Below, in pieces: positions 48,935-59,000 of a DNA stretch of 64,000 nucleotides. The stretch covers positions 17,059 to 81,058 of the forward strand of contig CALXRL010000021.1 in assembly GCA_944390735.1 (NCBI GenBank), given 5' to 3'. Positions within the stretch are counted from its first letter, which is position 1, and the number at the start of each line of letters is the position of its first letter. This DNA is from an uncultured Victivallales bacterium. Lineage in GTDB: Bacteria > Verrucomicrobiota > Lentisphaeria > Victivallales > UBA1829. Position numbers and translations under genes: made by a program. The notes beneath the pieces were generated by a model. It was not told the origin of the DNA. It did no database searches and saw only the letters and a program-made list of their open reading frames with translations.

Positions 48935-50131
48935 ATGATCCGGGATCTTTCTGTTCAGTGCGAAGGGGAGGAGACGGATCTTGCGCCCTTTGCCGTCAAA
49001 AACAGCGAGTCGGCGGGACGGCGCTGGCCGGAGGTGAGTCATCCGTTCCGGACCGATTTCCAGCGGGATCGCGACCGGGTTCTGCACAGCCGCGCCTTCC
49101 GGCGTCTGGAGTATAAAACCCAGGTGTTCCTGAGCGGTTCCGGCGATCATCTGCGCACCCGTCTGACGCATACGATCGAAGTGGCGGCCATCGCCAGAAC
49201 CATTGCCCGTTCCCTGCGATTGAACGAGGATCTGGCTGAAACGATCTCTCTTGCGCATGACATCGGCCATACGCCATTCGGTCACGCGGGCGAGCGGGCG
49301 CTTCAGAAGATCATGGCCGAATACGGCGGGTTCGATCACAACCTTCAGGCGCTGCGCATTGTGGACTGCCTGGAAATCAAATATCCGCATTATGACGGGC
49401 TGAATCTCTCGTGGGAGGTGCGCGCCGGACTCATCAAGCATCGGGAGGAAACGCCGGAACTGGACGGGAAAAAACTGCCGCCGCATCCGTCGCTGGAGGC
49501 GCAGGTGGCGGACCTCGCGGACGATCTGACCTATTATGGACACGATGCCGACGACGGTCTGGATTCCGGACTCATCACGGTGGAGATGCTGGAGGAGCTG
49601 GAACTTTGGCGTCTGGCGTCGGAAAAGGCGTGCGCGGCGGGGCTGGTGGAAAAGGATGAGCGATATGCCGCCTACACGATCCGCTGTCTGATCGACATGA
49701 TGGTGGGCAATGCCATCCGGTATTCCAACGATCTGCTGGTTGCGGCGGCGCCGGATTCCTCTTCCGCCGCCCGGAATTGCAAGTCGAAACTGATCTCGTT
49801 CAGTCCCGATTTCGAGCCGCTGACATTGGAACTGCGCAATTTTCTGTATCACAATCTCTATTTTCATCCGGAGATCAACAAGCTGAACGAGGGCTCTCTG
49901 GAAAAGATGACTCTTCTTTTCGATACCTATCGGACGAATCCGGAGCTGCTCGGGAAAAAGGCGCAGGCGAGAATTGCCGTGGATGGACTGCCCAGGGCGA
50001 TCGCCGACTACATCGCCGGAATGACGGATGTCTTCGCCTTCAAGGAGTATGATCGTTTCGCAGGGGAAAAACACGGAGACTCGTTCGGGCGGCGCTTCCC
50101 GCCAGCGGGCGGAAACGGAACAAAATCTTGA
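48935..50131 (+). CDS. dgt: Deoxyguanosinetriphosphate triphosphohydrolase (HD domain)
   Basis: RTDFQRDRDRVLHSRAFRRL.YKTQVF, RTRLTHT.EVA, LAHDIGHTPFGHAGE, FDHN.QA.R, DYIAGMTD. Confidence 0.92.
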   Translation: MIRDLSVQCEGEETDLAPFAVKNSESAGRRWPEVSHPFRTDFQRDRDRVLHSRAFRRLEYKTQVFLSGSGDHLRTRLTHTIEVAAIARTIARSLRLNEDLAETISLAHDIGHTPFGHAGERALQKIMAEYGGFDHNLQALRIVDCLEIKYPHYDGLNLSWEVRAGLIKHREETPELDGKKLPPHPSLEAQVADLADDLTYYGHDADDGLDSGLITVEMLEELELWRLASEKACAAGLVEKDERYAAYTIRCLIDMMVGNAIRYSNDLLVAAAPDSSSAARNCKSKLISFSPDFEPLTLELRNFLYHNLYFHPEINKLNEGSLEKMTLLFDTYRTNPELLGKKAQARIAVDGLPRAIADYIAGMTDVFAFKEYDRFAGEKHGDSFGRRFPPAGGNGTKS

Positions 50132-50226
50132 TTCCGGGGTCTGTTAATTGGAGCGCCGCGCTTGAAAAAAAGGCCGGAAGCGTCTAATGTATAACAGCTA
50201 ACAGGATGGTTGGGAGAGAAGATCCT

Positions 50227-51639
50227 ATGGTTCGGAAAGAAAAAAGGTTGTCGCGAGCGGAAGCCCCCATGAAGAAACGGGAAGTGCTTACCATCCGCGA
50301 CTGTTTTGATTCCGCGCCGTATGAGGACGGCGGCGTCCGGGTCGTGGACAAGAAAAGCGCCTCGCAGGAGGAGGAGCAGGACGCCCTTCGGAGCTATTTC
50401 CGGGAGATGGGGGAGATGCAGCAGCTCTCCGCCGAGGAGGAGCTCTCCCTCTGGACGCAGATCGACGAAAATGTCTGCCGTCTGCGCGACTCGGTGTACC
50501 TTTTTGCCTTTGTCTACGGCGAACACATCAAGCTTCTGAACGATCCCGAGGCGGATCTCGCGGAGGTCTTCCCCATGGCGTCCGCGGAAGGCAGTCCCAT
50601 GACCATCAATCCGGCGAAACGCAGGGAGTGGGCATCCGCAATCGCCTCCGCATTCGGGCAGCTGAAAACGGCATACGAAAATCACGCCTCCTTTGACGAG
50701 ATCTCCAGACTCCGGCGTGAAGGATACACCGTTCTCTGCAAACATCCGGCCGTTCTGGAAAAACTCCTGGAATGGAACGATGTCGCCAAACGTTATCTCG
50801 ACAATTACAACTCCGGCAGAATTTCCGGTTCCGAGCTCGAACACATCATGCTCATGAACATCGACGAGTTCATCCGGCAGACCCGCCGCAACGAGGAGCT
50901 GCGCAGAGAACTGGACAAATGGAAACTCCGGATGCTGGAAACCAATCTGCGTCTTGTCATCAACATCGCCAAGCATTATCAGCACAAGGGGCTGCCCTTC
51001 GGCGATCTGATCCAGGAGGGAAATCTCGGGCTGATGAAGGCGCTGGAGAAGTTCGACTACAAACTGGGGCATCGCTTCTGCACCTATGCGTCGTGGTGGG
51101 TTCGTCAGGCGGTGGCGCGTGCGCTTTCGGCGCAGTCGCGGGTCATCCGGCTGCCGATTCACATGCTGGCGACCATTCGGAAAATGAACATCGCGGAAAA
51201 GAACTTTATTCAGCTCAACGGCACCGAGCCGACCATGGAGGAGCTGGCGCAGATTCTGGAAATGCCGAAGGAACGGGTCAGTGCAATCAAGAAAATGTCG
51301 CTTCAGTGCATTTCGCTTCAGGCCCCGACAAACGACGATTCCGAGGCAACCATTGAAAACTTCCTCAGCGACAAGGAGTCCGACGATCCGATGAAGACTC
51401 TTGCGCGTAAAATGATGAAGGAACGTCTTGCCGAGGCCATCAATCAGCTTTCCGAGCGGGAAAAACAGGTCATTACCATGCGCTACGGTCTTGATGGCGG
51501 CCCCTGCAAGACTCTGACGGAGGTCAGCGCCATTTTCAATGTTACGCGGGAACGCATCCGCCAGCTGGAACTGAAAACGCTTGAGAAGCTGCGCAAACAC
51601 TCCGACAGCGGAAGATATCTGGAGGATTACTTCCTGTAA
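50227..51639 (+). CDS. RNA polymerase sigma-70 factor, RpoD-like (group 1/2)
   Basis: Region 1.2 (YFREMG..LSAEEE), NLRLVINIAK, DLIQEGNLGLMKALEKFDY, TYASWWVRQA, RVIRLPIH, VTRERIRQLE. Start uncertain (50206/50227/50269). Confidence 0.92.
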   Translation: MVRKEKRLSRAEAPMKKREVLTIRDCFDSAPYEDGGVRVVDKKSASQEEEQDALRSYFREMGEMQQLSAEEELSLWTQIDENVCRLRDSVYLFAFVYGEHIKLLNDPEADLAEVFPMASAEGSPMTINPAKRREWASAIASAFGQLKTAYENHASFDEISRLRREGYTVLCKHPAVLEKLLEWNDVAKRYLDNYNSGRISGSELEHIMLMNIDEFIRQTRRNEELRRELDKWKLRMLETNLRLVINIAKHYQHKGLPFGDLIQEGNLGLMKALEKFDYKLGHRFCTYASWWVRQAVARALSAQSRVIRLPIHMLATIRKMNIAEKNFIQLNGTEPTMEELAQILEMPKERVSAIKKMSLQCISLQAPTNDDSEATIENFLSDKESDDPMKTLARKMMKERLAEAINQLSEREKQVITMRYGLDGGPCKTLTEVSAIFNVTRERIRQLELKTLEKLRKHSDSGRYLEDYFL

Positions 51640-52637
51640 GGTCCCGTCGATCCGCGGACAATCAGCTTTCCCCGGAAACTGACCGTTTCCCCCCGTGCCA
51701 AAGAAGGATCCTCATGGCGTTTCATGATGATTTCCGCCGCGGCTTTTCCCATCTCCCTTGCCGGAATTTCGAGCGTCGTCAGCGGCGGTATGGTGTATTG
51801 CGCAAAGCGGTGATTGTTGAAACAGAGAACGGAGATCTCCTCGGGAATGCGGATCTGCTTCTTCCAGAGCGCGTGGAGCGCTTCCAGGGCGATCGGAAGA
51901 TCGTAGGCGACTATGGCGCTTGCCTTTTGTTTCAGAAGAAGACGGATGATCTCCTCCGTGGAGTGAGTCCGGTCGTCAAAGCCGTTCAGCGCTTCGAGAC
52001 CATTCCGGCGGCAGAACGCCAGGTACGCCTCCCGGCGGTCCGTGATGCTGGAGTGCGGACGAAGCTCCGGCGACTGAATCCGGTTGCAGTTCAGATAGCC
52101 GATTCGTCGATGCCCGAGCGCAAAAAGATGCTCCATCGCACAGGTCATGTTCCAGAGATCGTCCGTCATGACGGCGGTGCCGTTTTTCCCGCAGACCCCG
52201 TTCAGGACAACATAGGGGACCTCCGATTTCTCCAGCTCTTCCACCTGTTCCGGATCCCGGACGTCCGGAACGAGAAAACCCGCCGCCTTCCATGGAGGAA
52301 GACGGTAGATCGCTTCCGCCTCCCGGGAGTTGAACAGATAGTGAAAGCGAAAGTGATTTCGGCTCAGTTCCTCTTCCAGAAAAAAGACCGCGTCACCGAC
52401 GACCGTTCCCTCCAGCTCCCGGATCGAATACGGAAAGATGAAGGAGATCTGCCGGTTGTTTTTCATCCGCAGACTGCGGTAGAGCGGATCCGGCGAGAAC
52501 TGCGTCTCCCGGACCTTCTCCAGAATACGGGCCCGCAGCTCCGGCTTTACCGAAAAGTTCCGGTCGTATCCGTTGATGACCCGGCTGACCGTGGAATAGG
52601 AGATGCCGAGTTCCGCCGCAATCTGTTTCAACGTCAT
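51627..52637 (-). CDS. LacI family transcriptional regulator
   Basis: TLKQIAAELGISYSTVSRVIN; GHRRIGY; IRIPEEISV; PPLTT; LIVRGST. Confidence 0.92.
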   Translation of the reverse strand: MTLKQIAAELGISYSTVSRVINGYDRNFSVKPELRARILEKVRETQFSPDPLYRSLRMKNNRQISFIFPYSIRELEGTVVGDAVFFLEEELSRNHFRFHYLFNSREAEAIYRLPPWKAAGFLVPDVRDPEQVEELEKSEVPYVVLNGVCGKNGTAVMTDDLWNMTCAMEHLFALGHRRIGYLNCNRIQSPELRPHSSITDRREAYLAFCRRNGLEALNGFDDRTHSTEEIIRLLLKQKASAIVAYDLPIALEALHALWKKQIRIPEEISVLCFNNHRFAQYTIPPLTTLEIPAREMGKAAAEIIMKRHEDPSLARGETVSFRGKLIVRGSTGPYRK

Positions 52638-52658
52638 GGAATGCTGATGCTCCGAAGG

Positions 52659-54617
52659 TCAGAAGTGGAGTTCCAGCGTGGCCGGAGAGTCCGAATCGAA
52701 TTCGACGACAAGCAGCGATCCCTCCTGCCGGAACTCCTTCGTTTCCCGGTTGTCGAGCAGAAGCCGCTTCACGGTCCGCTTGCAGAAGAAGCCGATTTTC
52801 CCGCCGGTGCGCACCTCGCAGACCAGTTTGTCCGGGAAATGTTCCACATGCCGGAAAATGGCCGGAGGAATGTATTTGTCGAGTGCGCCAATGGCAGCCG
52901 CCTCATGAATCAGCGGCGCAAAGGTGATCACATCGCACTCTTCCGCGCCGAGTTCGATGGATTCGGTCTGGAAGCGTTCCTGTTCGATCGCCGTCTTTCG
53001 ACGGAAACTGTAGGCGGCAAAGCGGTCGCCCGGCAGATCGTGAATGTCGGATGGCTGATAGAACGCGTGAAACCGTTCCGGTTCCGTGTCGCAGCAATGG
53101 AAGACTCCGAGGAGTCCGCACTCGCCGCTGCGGTTCGTCAGCTTCAGAGGGATATGGTCGTGCTGCACATCGACCAGCAGACAGTCCTCCGAGGGAAGGG
53201 CGGGACGGTCCGGCCGCAGAAGCAGTCCGTTCCGGTCGCAGAATCGGCGGATCATGTCAAAATTCTGTTTGCCCGGCACATCGCAGACATAGACCGGTCC
53301 TCCGCTCAGCGCGCGGCTCGCCGCATGGAACTCCGCCCCCAGATTGCCGCTCTGGAACATGTCGTAATCCGGCCAGCAGAAGGTCGAGGCCAGATACGCG
53401 TTTTTGGCGTTCACATGAAGGTGATGGTGCTGGGCGGAAAGGCCCCGCTTCGGAAAATAATCGTCGGAATTGCGCCAGAGGTTCGAACGCTTCATGTGGA
53501 AGAAAATATCCGAGCCGTTCGACATGCAGTGAATCAGCGAGTTGCCGAACCGGGCCGTCGCGGAGTCCTGAAGCGCCTCAAGATAGGTCCCGACCGTGGT
53601 GCAGCGCCCGAGTTTCCCCAGACAGAAATGCGCGCCGAGAGCCCCCTGGTTGTCCACCTTGAGCAGATCCACTCCCTGGGATTTGAGCTTTTCATGATAG
53701 GCATTGAAGAAATCACGGATGCTGTCGGGATGCACCATCCAGTAGGAGTCGCAATGCGGCGTTCCGTCCGGTTCTGTTCCGGTCACCCTGGAGTTTTCCA
53801 GAATCTTGAAGGGGAGAAGCGGACTGGGCACAATTCCCCACCAGTATCCGGCCAGAGTGTGCCAGACGCCGAAGAAACGGACCTGATATTTTTCTTTCGC
53901 CATTTTCACGGTGCCGCCGATTCCGTTCGGAAACTTCTCCGCGACGGCGTCGAAGGAGACCAGTCTGGTCTCCCTGTTCTTCGAGGTCACCTGCCAGCCG
54001 TCGTCGAGAATCAGAAAACCGGGCGTGAAGCCCGCGTCCCGGAAGGAACGCAGTCCCTCTTCGACTTTCTCTTCCGACACCGTATGATAGAACGCATCCC
54101 ACGTGCACCATCCGAAATAGTGCAGGAATTCCGGCATCGTTTTCTCCTCCCGCAGGGCAAAGGTTCCGAAGCGCTCGCTGACCGCCATCATTACGCGATG
54201 CACCAGTTCAAACGGATCCGATCCGACGGCCGCCGCCAGAAGCGTCCCCTTCTTCTGCGGATTCTCCGCCAGCGTTCCTTCGAAGAAAAGTTCCGTCCTG
54301 CCCTGAGCGTTCCCCTGAAGGGTGGCGCGAAGATCCCGGTCGACCAGCGGAAGCAGAAGCAGATAGCTGCGGTCGGGCAGACGCCCCAGCAGCAGCTGGG
54401 TCTGAGTCGGGATCTCTCCCGCCGTTTCTCCATAGGCCGGGACCATCCACCAGATGCTTTTCATCCGCAGGGCCAGGAAGCGTGTCAGCTCCGGTAGAGT
54501 GAAAACCGACGCGATTCCCGATGCCGTCCCCTCCTCCCATGCAAAAGTATAAAAGGTAACATGATGAATTTCTTCCGTATTGAACGGAATTTGTCCCGGT
54601 TCAAAAATCAGTTCCAT
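52659..54617 (-). CDS. Sip1/raffinose synthase-type GH36 alpha-galactosidase
   Basis: FGWCTWDAFY, LILDDGWQ, VWHTLAGYW, KVDNQ, IHCMS, RNSDDYFP, WPDYDMFQS, HAASRALSGGPVYVCD. Confidence 0.9.
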   Translation of the reverse strand: MELIFEPGQIPFNTEEIHHVTFYTFAWEEGTASGIASVFTLPELTRFLALRMKSIWWMVPAYGETAGEIPTQTQLLLGRLPDRSYLLLLPLVDRDLRATLQGNAQGRTELFFEGTLAENPQKKGTLLAAAVGSDPFELVHRVMMAVSERFGTFALREEKTMPEFLHYFGWCTWDAFYHTVSEEKVEEGLRSFRDAGFTPGFLILDDGWQVTSKNRETRLVSFDAVAEKFPNGIGGTVKMAKEKYQVRFFGVWHTLAGYWWGIVPSPLLPFKILENSRVTGTEPDGTPHCDSYWMVHPDSIRDFFNAYHEKLKSQGVDLLKVDNQGALGAHFCLGKLGRCTTVGTYLEALQDSATARFGNSLIHCMSNGSDIFFHMKRSNLWRNSDDYFPKRGLSAQHHHLHVNAKNAYLASTFCWPDYDMFQSGNLGAEFHAASRALSGGPVYVCDVPGKQNFDMIRRFCDRNGLLLRPDRPALPSEDCLLVDVQHDHIPLKLTNRSGECGLLGVFHCCDTEPERFHAFYQPSDIHDLPGDRFAAYSFRRKTAIEQERFQTESIELGAEECDVITFAPLIHEAAAIGALDKYIPPAIFRHVEHFPDKLVCEVRTGGKIGFFCKRTVKRLLLDNRETKEFRQEGSLLVVEFDSDSPATLELHF

Positions 54618-54714
54618 GATTGCAAATTTCTCCTGCGGATTGCGGGTTGAACAAAAAAGACCTGCTGACATGATATGTGTACAGCAGGTCCCGTTTCCGA
54701 TTCTGCGGGTCCGG

Positions 54715-55818
54715 TCAGACGATCAGAAGTTCCGTCGTCGGATCGAAGATATGAGCTTTGGAAAGCGAAATGGCAAGTTCCACTTCCATGCCGATGGATG
54801 CTTTGCGGTGCGCGTCGATCCGCGCGATGCAGTTGTTCTTTTCCCCGACATCAAGGTAAAGATACGTTTCCGCGCCCATCGGTTCCATGACTTCAATTTT
54901 TGCACGGATCTTCTGTGCTCCGGCTTCGATTTCCGCCCGGTCGGAGCCGATCTCTTCCGGCCGGATGCCGAACACGACTTCCTTGCCGATGTAGGGTTCC
55001 GCCTTCGCATTCCACTCGGCAGGGATCCGGATGGAGATCGTCATGGTCTTGAAGTAGAGATCCGATCCCTCCTTTTCCAGACGGCCGTTGAAGAAGTTCA
55101 TCGGAGGGGTGCCGATGAAGCCCGCGACAAAGATGTTCGCCGGATTGTCATAAATGTTCAGCGGCGCATCCACCTGCTGCACGATGCCGTCCTTCATGAC
55201 GCAGATCCGGTCGCCCATGGTCATGGCTTCGATCTGGTCGTGCGTGACGTAGATCATGGTCGTTTCGAGGCGGGTGTGGAGTTTGCTGATCTCCGTACGC
55301 ATCTGCACGCGCATTTTCGCGTCAAGGTTGGAAAGAGGCTCGTCAAAAAGGAAGACCTCGGGCTTGCGGACGATGGCCCGTCCGACCGCCACACGCTGGC
55401 GCTGACCGCCGGAAAGAGCTTTCGGCCGTCTCTGAAGATAGTCATGAATGCCGAGAATATCCGCCGCCTCGTTCACGCGCTTGTCAATGTCGGCCTTCGG
55501 AAGTTTTCTGAGTTTGAGTCCGAATGCGAGATTGTCGTAAACGGTCATATGGGGATAAAGAGCGTAATTCTGGAACACCATCGCAATATCGCGGTCTTTC
55601 GGCGGAACGTTGTTCACCACGCGGTTGCCGATTGTGATGGTTCCCGAACTGATCTCCTCAAGGCCCGCGATCATTCTCAACGTCGTTGATTTTCCGCAGC
55701 CGGAGGGCCCGACCAGAACCATGAACTCCCTGTCTTTGATGTCAAGATCCACATGTTTCACGGCGAGAACGCCGCCTTCGTAGACCTTGCATACATCCCG
55801 TAAGATTACCTCTGCCAC
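54715..55818 (-). CDS. Carbohydrate ABC transporter ATP-binding subunit (MsmK/MalK/UgpC type)
   Basis: GPSGCGKST, MVFQNYALYPHM, LSGGQRQR, FLFDEPLSNLDAK, YVTHDQ, TOBE C-terminus; GTG start at 55818 after GGAG. Confidence 0.93.
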   Translation of the reverse strand: MAEVILRDVCKVYEGGVLAVKHVDLDIKDREFMVLVGPSGCGKSTTLRMIAGLEEISSGTITIGNRVVNNVPPKDRDIAMVFQNYALYPHMTVYDNLAFGLKLRKLPKADIDKRVNEAADILGIHDYLQRRPKALSGGQRQRVAVGRAIVRKPEVFLFDEPLSNLDAKMRVQMRTEISKLHTRLETTMIYVTHDQIEAMTMGDRICVMKDGIVQQVDAPLNIYDNPANIFVAGFIGTPPMNFFNGRLEKEGSDLYFKTMTISIRIPAEWNAKAEPYIGKEVVFGIRPEEIGSDRAEIEAGAQKIRAKIEVMEPMGAETYLYLDVGEKNNCIARIDAHRKASIGMEVELAISLSKAHIFDPTTELLIV

Positions 55819-56015
55819 TTCCTTGTCTCCTTTTCTGAACCGATCTGTGATGCTGATTGAAAAAAATTGTTCGAACAAACTGTCGCGGGATTCTGAATCA
55901 TGTCGTCCGTTTCCGGAGTCAAACCCTGTATCCAACGAGTCATCGTATTTCTGAAATATATGCCCGCATTTCCGGTTTTTCCATTCCGATTTCCGTTTTT
56001 TTTCAAAAAAATCGG

Positions 56016-56050
56016 AAAAAAAACGGAGAGCGGTTTTTCTCCGCTCTCCG
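56016..56050 (-). terminator. Rho-independent terminator after the large GH gene
   Basis: CGGAGAGCGG/CCGCTCTCCG 10-bp stem preceded by A8. Confidence 0.75.
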
Positions 56051-56085
56051 GATCGGGATATCCCGGAAAGAAGGTCCTTTCCCGT

Positions 56086-59000
56086 TTACGGCTCCTCGAC
56101 TGTGATGGCGGCTATCGCGGGGACGGCTCCGCTTTGGGCGGAGAGAAGATCCAGCGAACGGATCTCCTTCTCCGGATGCGGATTGGTCCAGCGGAAGCAC
56201 TGCATATTCACCAGATCCTTGACTCCGTTGGAGATCTCGATAGCGATTTTCGCATTCGGGATCGGCTCCGCTCCCCACCAGGCGCCGATGTCGCGTCTGC
56301 CCAAGACGGGAATTTCCATGCGGGAACCGTCCGCATAGTGAATCCGGTAGGTCAGGACTCTTCCGTCGCTCTCCCAGCCCATTGTGTGGAGGAAATAGAG
56401 CCGTGCGGCTTTTCTGCCGACCGGAATTGCCCGCATCTCCTTCGGGAAATAATCCCGGTTCGTTCCATAAAGAACGATCACGCCCTTGTTCCCGTTGCCG
56501 GCGGGATCGATGATCTCGAACGGAACGCCAGCAAAGCGTCGGCGTCCGAGCGGGATGTCCGCAAAATCGTTGTTGCCCTGATCGAACCAGCCCCCTTTTC
56601 TGTCGCCCGCCACCTCGTCTTTGAAATCCATGTTGACGAACTTCCGCAGGTCGACCGGAACGCATTTCGACGTTTTGACATCCCGCCAGATGCGAGCTTG
56701 TTCATACTCTTTTCGAAGCTGTGCCTGGGCTGCCCGGAGACGCGCCTCTTTTTTCTCGTCTTGCTTCCGGAGTTCGCGGAAGGTGGCGTCGAGCTCCGAT
56801 TGCGAAATGGTTCCGGCTCCGGCGGGGCGTTTGCGTTCCAGCGTGAAAAGCACCCGTTCCTGCGGCGGAAGAATCCACCGGAAGCCGCGTTTCAAATCCG
56901 CGGCGTTCCACTTTTCCGAGCTTCCGTTCAGCACGATCCGCTTCCCGACAACATCATAGAGATAAAAACTCCCCGTGTCGTTCACATTCAGACGAATCTC
57001 CGCCAGACGGTTGGAGATTTCCCCCATGGCGACCGCAAACAGAAATTTGAAATCACCCCGGTCGATGATCTGAAGGTCGCTCATCGAGATCGGTTTTCCC
57101 GAATCCGCCGGCGCAAGAAAACCGTAGCGTTCGATTCCCTTGGAGAGCAGAAGCTCCGGCAGTTTTTCCGCTTCCTCCGCATTCAGCCGGAGGAGTCCCG
57201 GAATTTCCGGCAGCTCCTTGGAGTATTCATCCATGCGGAAGGCGTTCCGTTCCGCCACGACGATTCCTCCGCGTTTCCGGAACGTTTCTATATTCCGGAG
57301 CGTTTCCGGGGAAACATAATCCGCCGCGGGGAAGACCAGTGCCCGGATCTCCGGGTCAAGTCCCTTTGCCAGATCCTCCTCAAAGACGATTTTCAGCGGA
57401 ATCTGCGCGTGAAGCATCGCCGCATACCACTGTTCCATGCGTTTGTTGAACTTGTATTTCAGGAACGGAACCATGCGGAGAGTCGGATAGGAATAGAAGA
57501 CGGCAACCCGCGCCTTCCGCGTCCGCGGGAACGGCAGAATCCGTTCCTTGTACGGTTCCAGTTCCTGTTGAAAAAGTTGGAACGCCTTGAGTTCGGAGAC
57601 CGGCCAGTTGTACGGATTCAGCATCGAGGAGGACTTGTAGGAGGGTTTGATGACATTGGCTTTCGCCTGTTCCATGGTCTTCCAGTCATAGGAGCGTTTG
57701 TCCCAGACGTAGGTGTAGTTGGAGGAAACCCCGTGCATGATCTCCATCCAGAGCGAGGTGATCATATCCTCCTTCCGGCTTGGAACGCGGATCCCCTGTT
57801 CGACTCGCATACAGTAATGCTCGTTGTTGATGACCGGTTTCTTCCCTTTGGCAAGCGCCTGATAGAAATCGCAGTTGAACCAGTGCGAGCTGCCGCCGGA
57901 GACAACCACGGCCTCCATTTCGTTTCGTGCGGTCAGACTGGTTTTGAACCCGTACATCCATCCGCCTTCGATGGCAAGCACATCGAGCACCTCCGCGATT
58001 CTGCGATAGTCCATGCCTGTGTGCGCAGGCGGTTTCCCCGCCGCCTGTTCCGTAAAATAGACATTCGAACGACGATCGACGCTCCGGATCAGTTCCGTGT
58101 ATTTTTTCAGAATTTCCGCATACCGATTCGCCGAGAATCTGCACCAGTCCGGCCAGAGTTTCCGGTACTGCTGGAAATTCGTGACGCGGGCGACCTCCTC
58201 GAAATTGTCGAAAATCGTGCCCCAGACCGCGTTGGCTTTCTGAATGGTGCCGTAGCGTTTTTTCATCCGTTTTGCAAACTCGCGTGCATTGAACCGGCAC
58301 TGACAGTTGTAGGACGATTCATTGAAGAGCTCATAAACAAAGACGTTGGATCGGTTCTTCAGCGCGGCCCGGACTCCGCCGAGAAAATAATCCCGGTAAT
58401 ACCGGTCGCCTTCCGGATGCTCCGGACAGAAAGGGATGAATGCGTGCCATTCCCCGTTGCGCTGATCCAGTTCCTTGTGCTTCCGCGGATCGTCCAGCCG
58501 CAGCGCTTCATGAAATCCGAACGCGAAGTCCAGAACCATCGGAATCTCCCGGAATCCTTTGAAATAAGAGGCGATTTCCTGTTCCGTTTTCCGGAAATTC
58601 GCCGGAACGGGCAGTCCATACAGCGCGATTCCGGGCAGGGTGTGTGCGGCGGAGATCTGGGCGGAATTGAAGCCCATGAAGTCGAACACCTCCTTGCAGG
58701 GGCCTTTCCGGTAGGCAATGTGGTCGATCTTCAGCGGATTTGCATTTTTGTTCCAGTCCGTCCGCGTCTGGTTGTAGATCCAGGGGCCGAGATAAAATTC
58801 GGATTTCCCCTGAAAAAACCAGGTCCCGTTTCTGATCTCTGGACGGAGGTATGAATCCTGGGTGACCACCTTCGGCTCTTCACACTCCTTCCGGTAGGCC
58901 TCCGTTTCCGCGGAGACGGCAAACTGCGGCGCCGGCGCCTTCTGCGTGCTCACAATCGACAGATCGGAGATGGTCAGTTCCCCCGGAGGCAGGGATTCCG

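Noticed and set aside
47396-50074. Apparent 1145-aa sirtuin fusion ORF (46637..50074, minus strand)
   Set aside because: Only the last 252 aa are the sirtuin, which has its own RBS and ATG at 47395; the rest is the antisense shadow of Re-citrate synthase and dgt.
46637-50131. SIR2 plus dGTPase as an anti-phage defence pair
   Set aside because: The sirtuin is a Zn-binding CobB-type deacylase and dgt is the short housekeeping type in an operon with a metabolic gene; no defence-island context.
4953-58854. Very long antisense or alternate-frame ORFs (4953..7235, 7667..9376, 17408..19348, 28974..31367, 43541..45769, 51714..54497, 55900..58854 and others)
   Set aside because: They mirror well-supported genes on the opposite strand, carry no recognisable motifs and are expected from high-GC codon bias.
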